A stretch of DNA of 64,000 nucleotides from contig CM102285.1 in NCBI GenBank assembly GCA_046563655.1, positions 8,742,001-8,806,000 on the forward strand, written 5' to 3'. The notes beneath the pieces were generated by a model, which saw nothing but the letters and a program-made list of their open reading frames with translations, searched no databases and was not told where the DNA came from. This DNA is from Yuukianura sp. NJ FZ-2021. Taxonomy: Eukaryota. Positions 13,371 to 25,684 of this stretch are shown here, in pieces (within the stretch, counting starts at the first letter, position 1; every line of letters begins with the position of its first letter). The position numbers and the translations under genes are program-made.

Positions 13371-14568
13371 CGTTTGAGAGTTGATTATAGTGACATCATA
13401 TAATTTAATTCTGAAGTTTAGCCGCACCCCTATGCCAATTGAATGTGGTGCGGCATACTTTCAAACGTTTGCCAAAATTTCAGTTTTTGAGAGCGTAGCA
13501 AAAAATTGTTATTTTCATGATCAGTGCCCCATGGGGTATCACTGAAAAAATTTTGAGCAAAATCCAAGTCACATGCTGAAAGTAAAATTTTTCCAATATA
13601 TTAATTACAAAACCCAAAAATTAATTCTGTCTTTGTTTTTTTTTGTAGTTTTGTTTCAAATATTCATGCCTTCCCACAAAAATATCAAAAAAAAAATTCT
13701 TTCGAAAACTGCGTTGGTTTAATTTTAAACAAAGCATAATCTACATTGGGGTTACGCAACAACCCTATGTGCTCACTTCCCTGTCAAGCATTACAAAAAC
13801 TATTCATCCTCTCTTTGTAGATAGGAATGAATGAATTTTTCGTAGTTTCGGAGGGGACTATTTTCACTGGAGTGCTCGTATTGAATGGACATTGCTATCA
13901 GAATTTTAATTTTTCTTCACTGAAACCCACCAAAAGTTCCACTGTAACTATAGTTTGGTCATTTTTGGAAGTGCTTTTTCAAATTTGAACATAATTCTAT
14001 TCGCCTTATGGTCAAATTAGAAATTATCTATTTGTAGAAATTTTGAGGGAAAACTAAACGGAGAAAGTGTTGTTCAAAAACAAAGTTTTACCATAAGTGT
14101 TGCATTGGAAGCCAAAACAAACAGCACAAGGAAAAGGCCAATAATAAAAAAATACAAAAAATCGCTCCGAATGGAATGAAGCGATGGAGCACTGTATTTA
14201 TTATATCCTTGTAATGTGATTCTGATTACATATTTTTTGAAGCATGGGCAGAAATTAAGCTTTGAATATGAGATTTTTTGGTTCAAGTTTTTTGAAATTT
14301 GGATAAAATAATTCTTGTACCACTTCTTTTCGGCTATTTTTATTTTTGCACTCACTTACAATAAATGCATTTGCAAACTGGAGTTCAACCCTTGAGCGGA
14401 TGAGTGGATCGGGGAACAGGTGAGCGCCGCCGGTGTAAAAAGGTGAGTTTATTGCCGATCACAGGTAATAAAAAAAAGTGCCAGTGTAAGAGGAAATCCG
14501 AACCACTCATTCCTAGTCGTGACGTTTTCTAGCTCAACCTTACGGCGCGGCACAGCTACCGTGCGCTC

Positions 14569-14666
14569 ATCTGCTAACTTTAAAAACTTTTCCGCCGACC
14601 TTTTTTTTCTCCTTTAACTCAATGAGAAAAAAAAGGTCGGCGGGAAAGTTTTTAAAGTTAGCAGAT
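14569..14666. repeat. Near-perfect palindrome/hairpin (43-nt arms, 12-nt loop)
   Basis: The left arm atctgctaactttaaaaacttttccgccgaccttttttttctc (14569-14611) matches the reverse complement of 14624-14666 with one mismatch. Confidence 0.95.
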
Positions 14667-15544
14667 CTACTCTCCAACAGGTCGTGTGAATGAGAAACAT
14701 GTAAGGTCAAATGTTGGCTGGGTAATTTGACCCAGGGGGTCTCATCGAATCGACGGTTAAAAGCTTTACCCGAACTCGTAAGTGGATTCGCGATTATCAT
14801 GATATGCTGTTGCTGACCGATGGAAGTGTGCATACTGCTTAAGAGGCCGTAGTTACTCATTCCGCTGTATATCCTAGAAAGATGGATTTTTTTTCCTATC
14901 CTGCTCATGCGCATGGACGGTCCTTTTATGGAGTTAACGCGATTTCATAACGCTTATTTTTACATTGCTGATCAGTTAACGGGATTGCTTGAGTTTGAAT
15001 AATCTAGCAGCTTAAAACTGTACATATAACCACTTCCGGATTGGTGTTCGCGGGTTTATCAGGCAGGTAGGCTGGTGCGTGGTGCTGGTTGGTAGTAGTA
15101 GTCTGCTGCCAGACCTCTGTCGTATGTACATTAATAAAAAAAAAGCCCAATGTCCAAGTCGTTTTCGTTGCCGTTGCACTACCGCCCCGCCAACAACCGT
15201 TGTTGCTGGTGGTTGCAGTAGTAGGTGGCGGTGGTGGATCTGGCTCTGGATGTATGTGGTAATAAAAATCATCTTCGTCGGAAATTAATTTTTTTTGGAT
15301 TCGGATTCGTGTGAAAATAATGAAATTGATTCGGAATGGAATCTTTGGCAGAGAAGGAAACAAAAAAAATGAAAGTGAGAAAGATTTTCGATTCAGTCAG
15401 CCAATCATCAACTTTCATATTTTTCGGACGCGCGCATCGAGCTCAATCAATTCTTAAGTTTATGAAGTCAGATGTAATTATTGAAAAGAAAATAAAAGAG
15501 CTGTTTGATAACATTTTTGCTTTGAACAGGCACTCTAAACAACA

Positions 15545-16089
15545 ATGGAGTCCGGCACGAGTGATCTGCCAGTCAAGTGTCAAAAATGCAGATTTCATCT
15601 TTGCCAATACTCCAGTGGTAAGTCACAACTAATGCATTGCAAGCTAATTTTATTTTATGCTTTACGTTGAACTCGTGGCCTTTCCTCATCAGCAATTTAT
15701 TATTATGTATTGGTTTAGTACTGGACAGTCATGGGAATGCTGTGAACAAGCTTCCAACTCCAAGAACGTCGGAGAAATCGTCAGTTTCGGCAGCATCCTC
15801 ATGCTCAACTGATGTTTGGTATATTCCGGAGGAGAAGCTGCCGTCATGGATGAGCGTAAACCTTGAGTCGGGTCAATGGGTCAAAGGCAAACTGAATTGT
15901 CCGAAATGTGAAGCCAGGATTGGATCTTATAATTTCGTTTCCGGAATGAAATGTTCCTGTGGATCTCATGTTCTTCCGCCCATTCACATTGTCAAGAGCA
16001 AAGTAGACGTAATTTTTCCAAGACCAATTCCACCACCTTTTAGCAGTAGTACGACAAGCGCCATGGAGCAGGAATCAATCACAAGTTAA
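15545..16089 (+). CDS. RNF180-like / DUSP12-type zinc-binding domain protein, ~147 aa, two exons (15545-15617, 15719-16089)
   Basis: MESGTSDLPVKCQKCRFHLC... spliced to ...WVKGKLNCPKCEARIGSYNFVSGMKCSCG..PPIHIVKSKVD, the Cys-rich motif of the RNF180 N-terminus and DUSP12 C-terminus. Confidence 0.75.
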
Positions 16090-16451
16090 TGCCAGTTATA
16101 GTGAGTTCATCCAGTACTAATATTTGTTAAATACTTTCGACGAAATTCGGAAACTACATTGTATTTTTGTAATTGACACCAATCAATGCTTTGCCTGACC
16201 TTGTGCTGTTATTGTAGAGGAATGTTCTATGTCGCTTGATTCGCAGAGTCGCAGATGACCTTGCTTGAGAAGGAATAAAAATCAAAAATGGAGTCGAATT
16301 TCGTTCCCATGACGACGGTCTCGTAATTTTCTTGTTATGAACAGTATAAACCAAGCGGCATTCCTCCATCTTCAAAATGGAATAAGTCAAGTTCGTTTTC
16401 TGTTTCGGAAGTGAATGCTGGATGTACTTTGTAAACTGACAGCTCGCTATC

Positions 16452-17831
16452 ATGGATTGGCAGAACTTGACATTTGCGTTCGACTATCTCGTTACTGCTG
16501 GTGTGACATTTTCCACCGAACACCGAGTTGCTCTCCAAGCGTCGTTGATCGGACTCCAAAAGGATAATCAGTTCTCCAGGGTCCAATTCTTCGGAAGAAT
16601 CGAAGGAGTGGACAACGATTACTACATTGTAAGAACGTCAATACATTTATTTGATTGGTTCATTGCTAAAACTAAATTTTTTGTTTCGGAAAGGCATGCG
16701 GCATCGGCAAGGATTACATCAAAGATCGAGTGTACTTCTATAGGTACGTTTTATTCGCTCTTCTGAAAGTAATACTGTTTCATGAATTCTATGCTTGGGT
16801 AGTGTCTCAGTTTATTCACTGTAACGTTTATTTTCATTTTTAGCATCAACGTTGGCCTGGAATGGATCATACTGCCTCCACCGGGAGATGTTGTCCGTGA
16901 ACTTGGACCGTACACGAAGGGACGCTTCCTTGGTGACCCCACTGCTGACTCCGAGACAGAATGCACTGGGACAGGACTCGATGAAATTGAAGAAGGAGAA
17001 CAATGGGTAAGAACTTTCAATTTGCAAAAGTAATGAAACATTTATAATTTATATAAATTGTAATTTTTATTAACTAAAACTACCTATTAATTCCGATGTG
17101 ATAGGCTTTCATGAAAGAGGAAGAGCGACTTTCGTCTATTGTCGCCGAACTAACTAAAGAAGCAGCGATTGTACCCCGAGGAGCTCTCTTCAAGAACCCA
17201 ACCGGAATCGTTTGGGAAGACAAAACTTTCACGGGTTAATTGAAATGACGAATTGAAATTACTTGTCAAGGCCAATTGCTTCGAATAAGTTTTATATTGC
17301 TGCTTGTCTAGGTTTGACGAAGGCCGAAGCGAGTCAATTCCATTCGTACTATCATTTGACCCAGCCTGCAAATCAGTTTGACAAAAACATCGTAGCCAGA
17401 GCCGACTACAACTTGACCCTGGATTTCCTGGATTCAATTGCTACGGATGTTCCACTTGGTAAAATAAGCATAATTCTGCTAACGCAGTCAAGATCAACTT
17501 GATTTGTTTTATTTATGTTCATGCAGGGGCCTGGACAGTTCAAATTAATCGAGCAGAAACTTTGGCGATTGTACGATCGTTGTTGTGGCCTGGAGCAGTT
17601 GGGTTTCATGTTCTGGATACTCCACAATTTGGCTGGTTCTACAATGGTACTGGACGAAAGAATTGGGACTTGCCGTTCATGATTCCTCCTGTACCTATGA
17701 AAGCAAGAAACTCTGTCACGGATGATTATGCTATCATGGCGGAAGATGCTGGCGAAGCCGGAGGTGATTCAAGCATGGCATTCGCCAAACGCCAGTACTC
17801 GTATCGTGGCAGCGGTGGTGTTCAAATGTAA
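16452..17831 (+). CDS. RSPH9: Radial spoke head protein 9 homolog
   Basis: QFFGRIEGVDNDYYI, KGRFLGDP, MKEEERLSSIV, IVPRGAL, LDFLDSI, VRSLLWPG, GTGRKNWDLPFM across GT-AG exons. Confidence 0.9.
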
Positions 17832-18175
17832 ACGAACTAAACTGTTCGAAGAACGAAATCCTGATGGAAACTGAGCTGTTGAATAACCAGAAATAAAATA
17901 AACATATACATCTCGTCTATGGCAGACAAAATTCCAAATTTTTAAATGATGAGTTTAAGGTTCTTATGTTGTTACAGTACGAGTTACCGGAAATTGAGAC
18001 ATAATGTTTAACATTACAATTTAAGCAGTGACTAAAAAAAAGTTAGACAGAGTAAATTTTGGGCTCGCTCACTTTAAAGTTGCAAGCAGAAAAGAAACCA
18101 TCGTACTTCCTCCCCTTCCATGTAAAAAAAAAACACTTCAGTTTTCCCGCCTCGACTCCAGCGTCCAGCAGCGAT

Positions 18176-20259
18176 TCAGCGACAACTGTCTGGGATATAC
18201 ACATCAAGGCGACGGCGTTTGTTTCGCAGAGCCTCAAAGAGTACTTGGACGTCTTCACGAGATACAGGACGGCCATCGGCATTAGCTCGACCAACCATTT
18301 CTAAAATTCCTTCCTTCATTTCATTCACAGCTAAAAACCATCAATTTCAAAACCAATTAGTTTGGCGATGAGCGAATGGTAACGATTGTGTTTCTAACCA
18401 TGAATAACTTCAATTTGTTTGACTCGGTCCATTTCGTTGAATAGCGAGTCCAACTCATTAGCTGTTCCGTTGGTCAAACTGTTTGCTCTGCCTCGAGCTT
18501 CGTATACTTCTAGTGGATCTTCTGGGTCCACCAAGAACTTCACTCCGAGACTCTCGTACGTCACCTATAGAAAAGAATCAGCAGCATGTTGATTAAAATG
18601 CCACCTAGAGTGTCACGTCACAGTGCCAACAATATCGCAAACTTTGAGTTAGCAGTGATGTCGTCAGTACAGCGGTCTTACCAAACACTTTTCACACTTG
18701 CAGAGAGAATTGCGCCAGTCCTTCTTCCACCACGTTCCGCCGGAAAACAAGGAACTATCCTCCGTCGCTGTTGATTCAAGGAAGCACGAAGCTGAAACAG
18801 CACTAGGCAAAGGTTCATGTTTATCGTTAACTGACTTAACGTTTTCATCTTCCTTGTCCATCGGTGGATTCTCCGATTCAATACTATGTGGGGCGGGTGG
18901 TGTTACTTCAGATGTCACTGTGCCGAGAACGAGATCCTCACCGGAAGTTCCATTTAGATCTGTAACTGATCCATGGCCGTTGCTGGTAACTTTACTACCG
19001 TCAATCTCAACAGAAGGAGTCGTCCCACACCCGTCTACGACGTCGATGCAATGTTTTTCTTCCGGAGCAGCAGCAGTGGGAGGTGAAGAAATGTCATCAG
19101 GGGAAGCCAGGATTGAGGCTGGTGTTCCTATTTAGAAGAAGGAAGATCCATACGAAATAAGATTCAAACTATAAGGAAATAAGATATTCAAATAAGAAAA
19201 GAAATAAGAAGTAAAAAAAAAAAACGTATGTTTTTAAAGTTACCTTTTAGCAGGAAGTCTCCGTAATGAACCAAAAAGTCACATTTGGCTGTACAAGCCT
19301 TACAAACGAAATCTCCAGTCCCAGCCAGCTCATCGTCGAGGTCAACGTAGTCATTCTCTGAATGCTGAAAATGAGAACGAGCGAATAGTGTAATGAGAGT
19401 TGTTAATACTAGAATCAAGGTATCAATCGCTCACAAATTATTAAGTAATTAAGTGACGTACCCTGCCGTGCAACCAATCTTCACAAATAACGCATTGAAT
19501 CATCTCGTCCTCATTACTATCGTCTTCATCTTCATCTGTATCCGGATACGGGCGATCGCAAATACAATACAATCCTTTGAAGTTGTGATCGTATTTGTTT
19601 TCCATGTTATAATCTGATTTAATCTGAAAATCCAAATCGAATTGAATTTTACTAATCAAAACTAACGGTTGCTCCAAAACGTCGCATTCAAAATGTAAAA
19701 TTACCGGTTGCAATTGGCATTGGCATCCAGAAGGTAGAAACTTCTTGTTCCCACAGTCGCACCGGAAGTTTCTGCAAAAGGGAATTCCATTTACATCTTA
19801 AAAAGAAAGAGGAATAATCAGTTCGATTTTAATGGCCATACCGCTTTGTGTAAAGTTCTACAAGGTCATGATCTCGATGACATTTAATGCTACATGCCAA
19901 ACAGACGCCAGCGTCTACGTAGGTGCTTGAATCCGGAGGATTGCACGTGAGGCAAGCGTACAAGGCTTGACGCTTTACGTATCCCTTTAACAATCAAATC
20001 AAGAGCTGTAAAAATCAGCGTTATTTGTCTACCAAGTTAAGTTAGCAGCCGTTACCAGCAACCTTACCTGATCATAGGAGCACTGTTGCTGATCAGAGCC
20101 TCCAAGCACAGCGGTTGCCGTCTCCTCCCAGTATTCCGTCTCCTGAAGAACTTCGCCAAGACTAACTGTCCCGTCCTGTTCCCGATGAGCGTCGTCATCG
20201 ACTGCTTCGAAAGTTTCGTTGTCGTTGTTCGGGTTATCGGTCTTCTTGCTATCACTCAT
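18176..20259 (-). CDS. UBR7: Putative E3 ubiquitin ligase UBR7 (UBR-box + atypical PHD)
   Basis: AVLGGSDQQQCSYDQ|GYVKRQALYACLTC..GVCLACSIKCHRDHDLVELYTKR|NFRCDCGN; NKYDHNFKGLYCICDRPYPD; EMIQCVICEDWLHG; WRNSLCKCEKC. Last exon ends ...LRNKRRRLDVYIPDSCR* (TGA at 18176-18178). Confidence 0.93.
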
Positions 20260-22206
20260 TGTTGATGCTAAAACTCCTAAGCCAAATCAAAATCAACTAC
20301 TAAAGAAGGATTCTTTTACACAGGCAATGCAATGTGATCAAGATTTGCCGACGACAGTCAGTCAACCGAGACTCCGTTTCGAGGTCTGTCTGGTTGGATC
20401 CCCGCCACTGACTGCAAACAAAACAAAAGAAAAGAACGTCAGCTAGCTCTCCCTCCTCCAATCTATTAATTCATAACCTACCTATCAACAATTTAAGTAA
20501 ACTAACGAATATTTACCAAATTATCAATTAACATTAACAAAGAAGTAACTTACCTTTTGACTTGCTTTTTATCAACCAACTGTCCTTTTCTTCCGCTTAG
20601 CGCTTGAACGAAAATAGTTTTCCTTGGACTCACTCAATTGCTACACACACGCATCTCCACCCCAATGCAACACTGGGCAGTACAGCAATAACTCTTTTAA
20701 TCATACATCGTTTTTGTATTTGTGCTATCAGATTGCATTCCAGAAACCTAATTAGATTTCAATTAAATCAAATATACTGTTGCAGAATCAAAATTACACC
20801 AAATTATAAACTAACTGAACTAGCCGACTGGTGTCACTCACTGCTTCTGAAGTGATCCCGTTAGCTGTGTAGAACTTCTTCCCTTACCACACGCAAAACA
20901 AAGAACAAACAAAAATCTCCCGCTCATGTCATCTTCACCTTTTTTCCACTTTCTCCAATAGCGTTACCTTAACTTTCACCATGTTCCAGTGAAAGCACAT
21001 TACTAGTAACTCTTTAAAAAGCGATTAAATTCAAACGTGAGTAATCTTGAATTAATTTGGCCTTATTAAGTTGAAAATTGATGAGAGCTTAACTTTTACG
21101 TAGTTGTAGCTACTAATATGGCCAAACATAAAAAGTACACATTAAATCCACAGTTTCATTTCATTGACAGCTAAAATCATATCCAAAAACGAAATTGCAA
21201 TGTTTAAATTTTTGCTGTTAGTTTAATCCTAAACAACATTGGAATTTACATTCGGATTTCACTTTTGATTGAACTCTAAACAAAGCTCCCCAAATCTTGT
21301 TAAGTAAATTCAAATTGGCACCAACCCCAATTAAATTTTTCCGAGAATAAGAAACGTTTCCTTCAACTTATAAAGTTTTTTTTTTTAATTTAGTACTTTG
21401 AATACCGAAGGATGGGCACAGACGATAGTAGTTAGTGACACTAACACCTTTGGACTTGGAATAACTAATGCTAATTTACTACAATGTGGGACGATATGAG
21501 TAATACTTATAATTAATGGTAAAATACATCATAAACTTTTCCGCTCGCTTATTAAGGTTTCATTCCGAAGTGTGTCATAATAAATTGAGGAAAACAACGA
21601 GCGGTTAGGTTAAGTAGGCTTTGGACATTTCGACTAGTTTTCCCTAGTACACAACACAAGATTAATAATTAGTCTATTATAATTAGTTAGTTATTAACTA
21701 AATATATTAATTCCATTTAATGTTAATCATCTTAATGTTATGCAAGGCATATCCAGCTTAGCAACTAAGATTTTAGTAGTTTGAATACTTTTAAATCATA
21801 AGTCTCAAGTGTTAGTCAGTCAGTCGCTTACGAGTTATAGAGTAGCATTTTTCAACAGAAACGTAAATAACCATTTACTTTAGTTCGGGTTTTTTTTTGA
21901 AGCGCAACGTTACTGCTCGTTAACTGCAGATAACTATTCAGTGTTGATCCTTGATCTTGGGCCTAAATTCTTGACAGAGCGGTACGTGATATGCAGGTAC
22001 GAATATAGAAAGCCAAAAAAGTGATCTAAATTTTACGCAAACTGAATTTGTTGTTGAAAATAGCAACACAATTTGACATCCATAACCGAAACGTGTGATT
22101 ATCCCGGAGTATTAGTTGAACGAGAATTTGAAATTGGTGGGGCTTGATACTTCTAACGTTCCGACTTTAGGACGATAAAATTGCATTTGGCGCAGACAAT
22201 GTTATG

Positions 22207-24232
22207 TTAAAAACTTGTCGTCTCGTCTCCAATTCCTTTAGGCAATTGTTGTGGTTGGCTTTCTTGAGACAAGTTCCGATTCTTGTTCGCGTTAGCAGTC
22301 GCGGGAGAGCTCGAGGATGATGCATCACGTTCCCGGTTCTGCAGCATTTGAGACTTATTAGTTAAGTGTGGTCCGAACGCAGCCATGTTGCCAGTGGAGT
22401 TTAACGGCACTCCACAGGAATTACTTCTTGCCGATTTTTCTAGTGAATACTTGTCCATTGCAAAGGTCACATTTCTTCTTGAACTGGGGTTGCTCGTAGA
22501 AACAGAGAGCGGAAGCATATTTTGATCCAAGGAGGCTCGTCGTGTTAAAAATTCTGTTCTAGTTCGAGTGTGTTCTGAGGTGGGCGGTGAAAACTGAACT
22601 CCTTCCTTCTCAGCGTCAGTAGTTTTGTAAGAGTCTCTTCTGGATAGCGTTGGATGGAAGTACGAGTAGTAGAGTATCATACAGATTAGACCAATGAAAA
22701 ACATGAGGTAGTCTCCAACGATACCAGCGATTCGGAGCCAGTAGGCTTCCAAGGGAGCGCTGAGATCCGTCGTAAGAAACCAAGTGCACAGAAGGACAGA
22801 GTTCTCCAGGAAGGAGATGATGTAAAATGTCAAATATTTGTAGCGTGTTGGTTCTTCGAGAATGTTAAAAAATGTAAAGATGTAGATGAAAGCAACGACT
22901 AGAACGAAAAGAGTTTCTTCACACTGAGTTGAACAGGTTCGTTTTCCTTGTACCAGAAGCCAACAGAGCATTGCCAACCAGTGAGCAACGCAGACTGGTA
23001 AAATGAGGATCGGGTACGTAGCCGAAAACACAGCTAGTGCAAAAATTCGAGCGCCTGCAATTGAAATAGTTAATGCATACGTTAAATAAAAACATCTCAC
23101 CTGTAAAAGAATGAACTGTGATGTTAGTAACGTGACTTACTGATGCTGCAGAAATGCCAAACGAATTGCAAAATAGTTCCTTTATATGAAATGTTAGTCT
23201 TATCCGGTTGGGCGTATCGGAGAGAACGATGATACGACGTCAAAGACCAGGCGAGAGATACAAGTGAGCTCAAAATGGTAAGCGTTTGGACGTTCGCTGG
23301 AATTAAAAAACAAAGTTCCTGAACATTACCATCACAAATGGAAAAAAAACTCGAAAAGAAGTGTTTTGAAAACACACTTTCTAAAGAATTCATCTTACAG
23401 CTATGTGTAGCAAAAGGTCCCTTAGGGTCGTTTAAATGGTAAATTAAGACATATAGTTGAAGGGTCACTTGTGGAGCTGATTCCATAAATCCTTCGAAAA
23501 GTCTCAGCAATGTGGCATCAGCATCTTCGTTCACCATGTACGTATAGTACTTGAGTTGCCCATGCTTGTCATTTTGCTTGGCTGATTTTCTGCTCTTTAA
23601 CCCATAGATTAGAGAATCGCAATATCTGGAAATCATTAATGTGAAGTTAACTCCAATATCCGGATTGGAGAAAACGCGTGAATTAAAAAGCCAAATGAAC
23701 TTACCGAAGTACTGGTGCCAATTGTAACAGCAAAAATAGTGTCCTAATAACCCAGCGCCAACACGAAGCTTTCACAATTGCTTGATTGTCAAGATCCATC
23801 ACATACCTAAAACAACATAATCAGTTATACAATAAGGTCTATTACGGAAAGAACCGTTGAGTCGAAACGTCGATCTCCATTTCAATGTAGTAATCACCAT
23901 CTTAGACTGAAGGCTGTCATTGTTCCTGCCTGCAACAAGATAAAATTGATTAAAAATGGGAAATACTATTCTTCGTAATGATTAGTGAAATAAAAATCTG
24001 TTGAATTTACTGGTACTATCACGAAGACAAGAGTGAGAACAAAGTAGCCGATCCATTCTCCTTTGTAGTATACGTAAGCAACATAACAGTCCATGCCTAA
24101 GTCCAACGTGTAGGTAACAATGGAGAATAAAATGCAACAAATGTCGAAACAATTGAAGCGAAGACTTGAAGGCAGGGCATCAGTTTCGTCCTGAGTGACC
24201 CACTGCTGTGACTCTTGAGACGAACTAACCAT
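22207..24232 (-). CDS. XK-related protein (XKR4/6/7-like phospholipid scramblase family)
   Basis: FSIVTYTLDLGMD, FSLRW, EDADATLLRLFEGFMESAPQVTLQLY, SSLVSLAWSL, ARIFALAVF, YIFTFFN, FLENSVL, MILYYSYFHP are XK-family motifs. Confidence 0.9.
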
Positions 24233-25339
24233 GTCCAGAATGTCGCCCTCGGAATGTTTCTTTCGTACGCGAGGTAGAGGATATCCAGCGGCAACTTCGT
24301 CTTTTAGGCTCTAAGGGCAAATAAAAAGCCTTAAATATTTCCAAATTGGAAAAAAGAATAACAAGGTTTGATTAGCAATAATTTAAAAAAGTAATTAAGA
24401 TTCGACTAATACTAAAGTAAGGAGTCTGAACATGAAATTACCCCTCCGCCACCAGACGAATTTCGTTTGTGTTTGTACATTTTGGAAGAGCAAAATGAAG
24501 TTATAGGCTATCCGCGAACCGTCAACACAGGACTGAAATTTTTAGTAAATCTGTCGGGAAAGTGGCGAGCAGTTTCAAATCCCTTGACTTAAATGCAACC
24601 GATTTAGCAACGACCTGTTTCAAATGCAGAAACTACGAACAAAAACCAATTTAAGTGTTTGAGTATTGGATGACTTCATTGAATATAATAATCGAGGTTC
24701 AACTATTATTAGGTAAGAAGCAATCCACCGTCGGGTTGTCTCTCCTCGGGTTAGTTGTATTATTTTCTTACCAATACGGACATTTTTCTGCAGTAGGTCT
24801 TTTTGCTTTCAGTGATAGGTTGCTCATCACCTGCTCCTACGCCAGTAAATCATCGAGAGAATCTGCACTAAATACTTTCAGATACTCTAAAATACTCTAA
24901 AGTTAATACTCTCAAAGTCTCAAATACTTAATTAAAATTTAATTCAAAAGCATCTTAGATTTCACCTCAAACTAAACATGATAACAGAATGAATTAACTA
25001 ACTAAATGGCTACACAAGACAACAAAGTGCACAAATTCAATTTGATCCAAATTACTAACCACACGACAGGGGACACTAACCAATTAACGAAAAAATGAAA
25101 ATATACTTTACATTCAAGATTCTGCATCTGCTGAGACAAAGTAGGCCCTGACTAAAAGTCTGAAGTGCTGTCTGAAGTGACGCAACTTTGTCCATGAGCG
25201 TGGGAAATGACTCGAAACTTCAAGAACAATTCCCCCGTGACCTCCTCGTTCGTTTCCGCCACTGGGAAATGTTGGGAAGTCACTGGGGAAAATAGTTACC
25301 TCTTTTTTGTGGAGGGTAAAGGGTAGCCTTTTTACATAT

Positions 25340-25462
25340 GCCTTTTCCTCGTGTAGTGCGTGATATGATAAGCCGCCTTTCTCTTGTATAGTACGCGTTA
25401 ATTCGCCTTTTCCTCGTATAGTGTGCGATAATCCGCTGAATCCGCCTAATCCGCGATCCGCC
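25340..25462. repeat. Degenerate ~30-35-bp tandem repeat (3 units) followed by four atccgc units
   Basis: gcctttt(c)ctc(g/t)tgta.agt-type units start at 25340, 25375 and 25405. atccgc occurs at 25431, 25440, 25449 and 25456. Confidence 0.7.
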
Positions 25463-25684
25463 GTTTAGGGGCTCCCAGAAATTCAGCTGATGCAGCGGAT
25501 TAGTCACACCCGTATAGAGCTTTATGATTGGTTATCGTCAGCAGATGTCAATTTTACATGCGAGCGATTGCGAAACTTGAAAAATAAGGTAAACTATTAG
25601 TTTAGAGTTTGTCATCTGTAACATCAGAAACAATTCATACGTTTGGTAATTATTAATTTGTAATTGAGACCCTGTGTTGTAATC

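Noticed and set aside
15004..15363. Pro/Thr-rich - strand ORF as a gene
   Set aside because: Low-complexity with no domain. It is more likely a kismet 5' non-coding exon or promoter region, which cannot be established from sequence alone.
25340..25462. Repeat array as CRISPR-like
   Set aside because: Eukaryotic context, degenerate adjacent units without unique spacers, and no cas genes.
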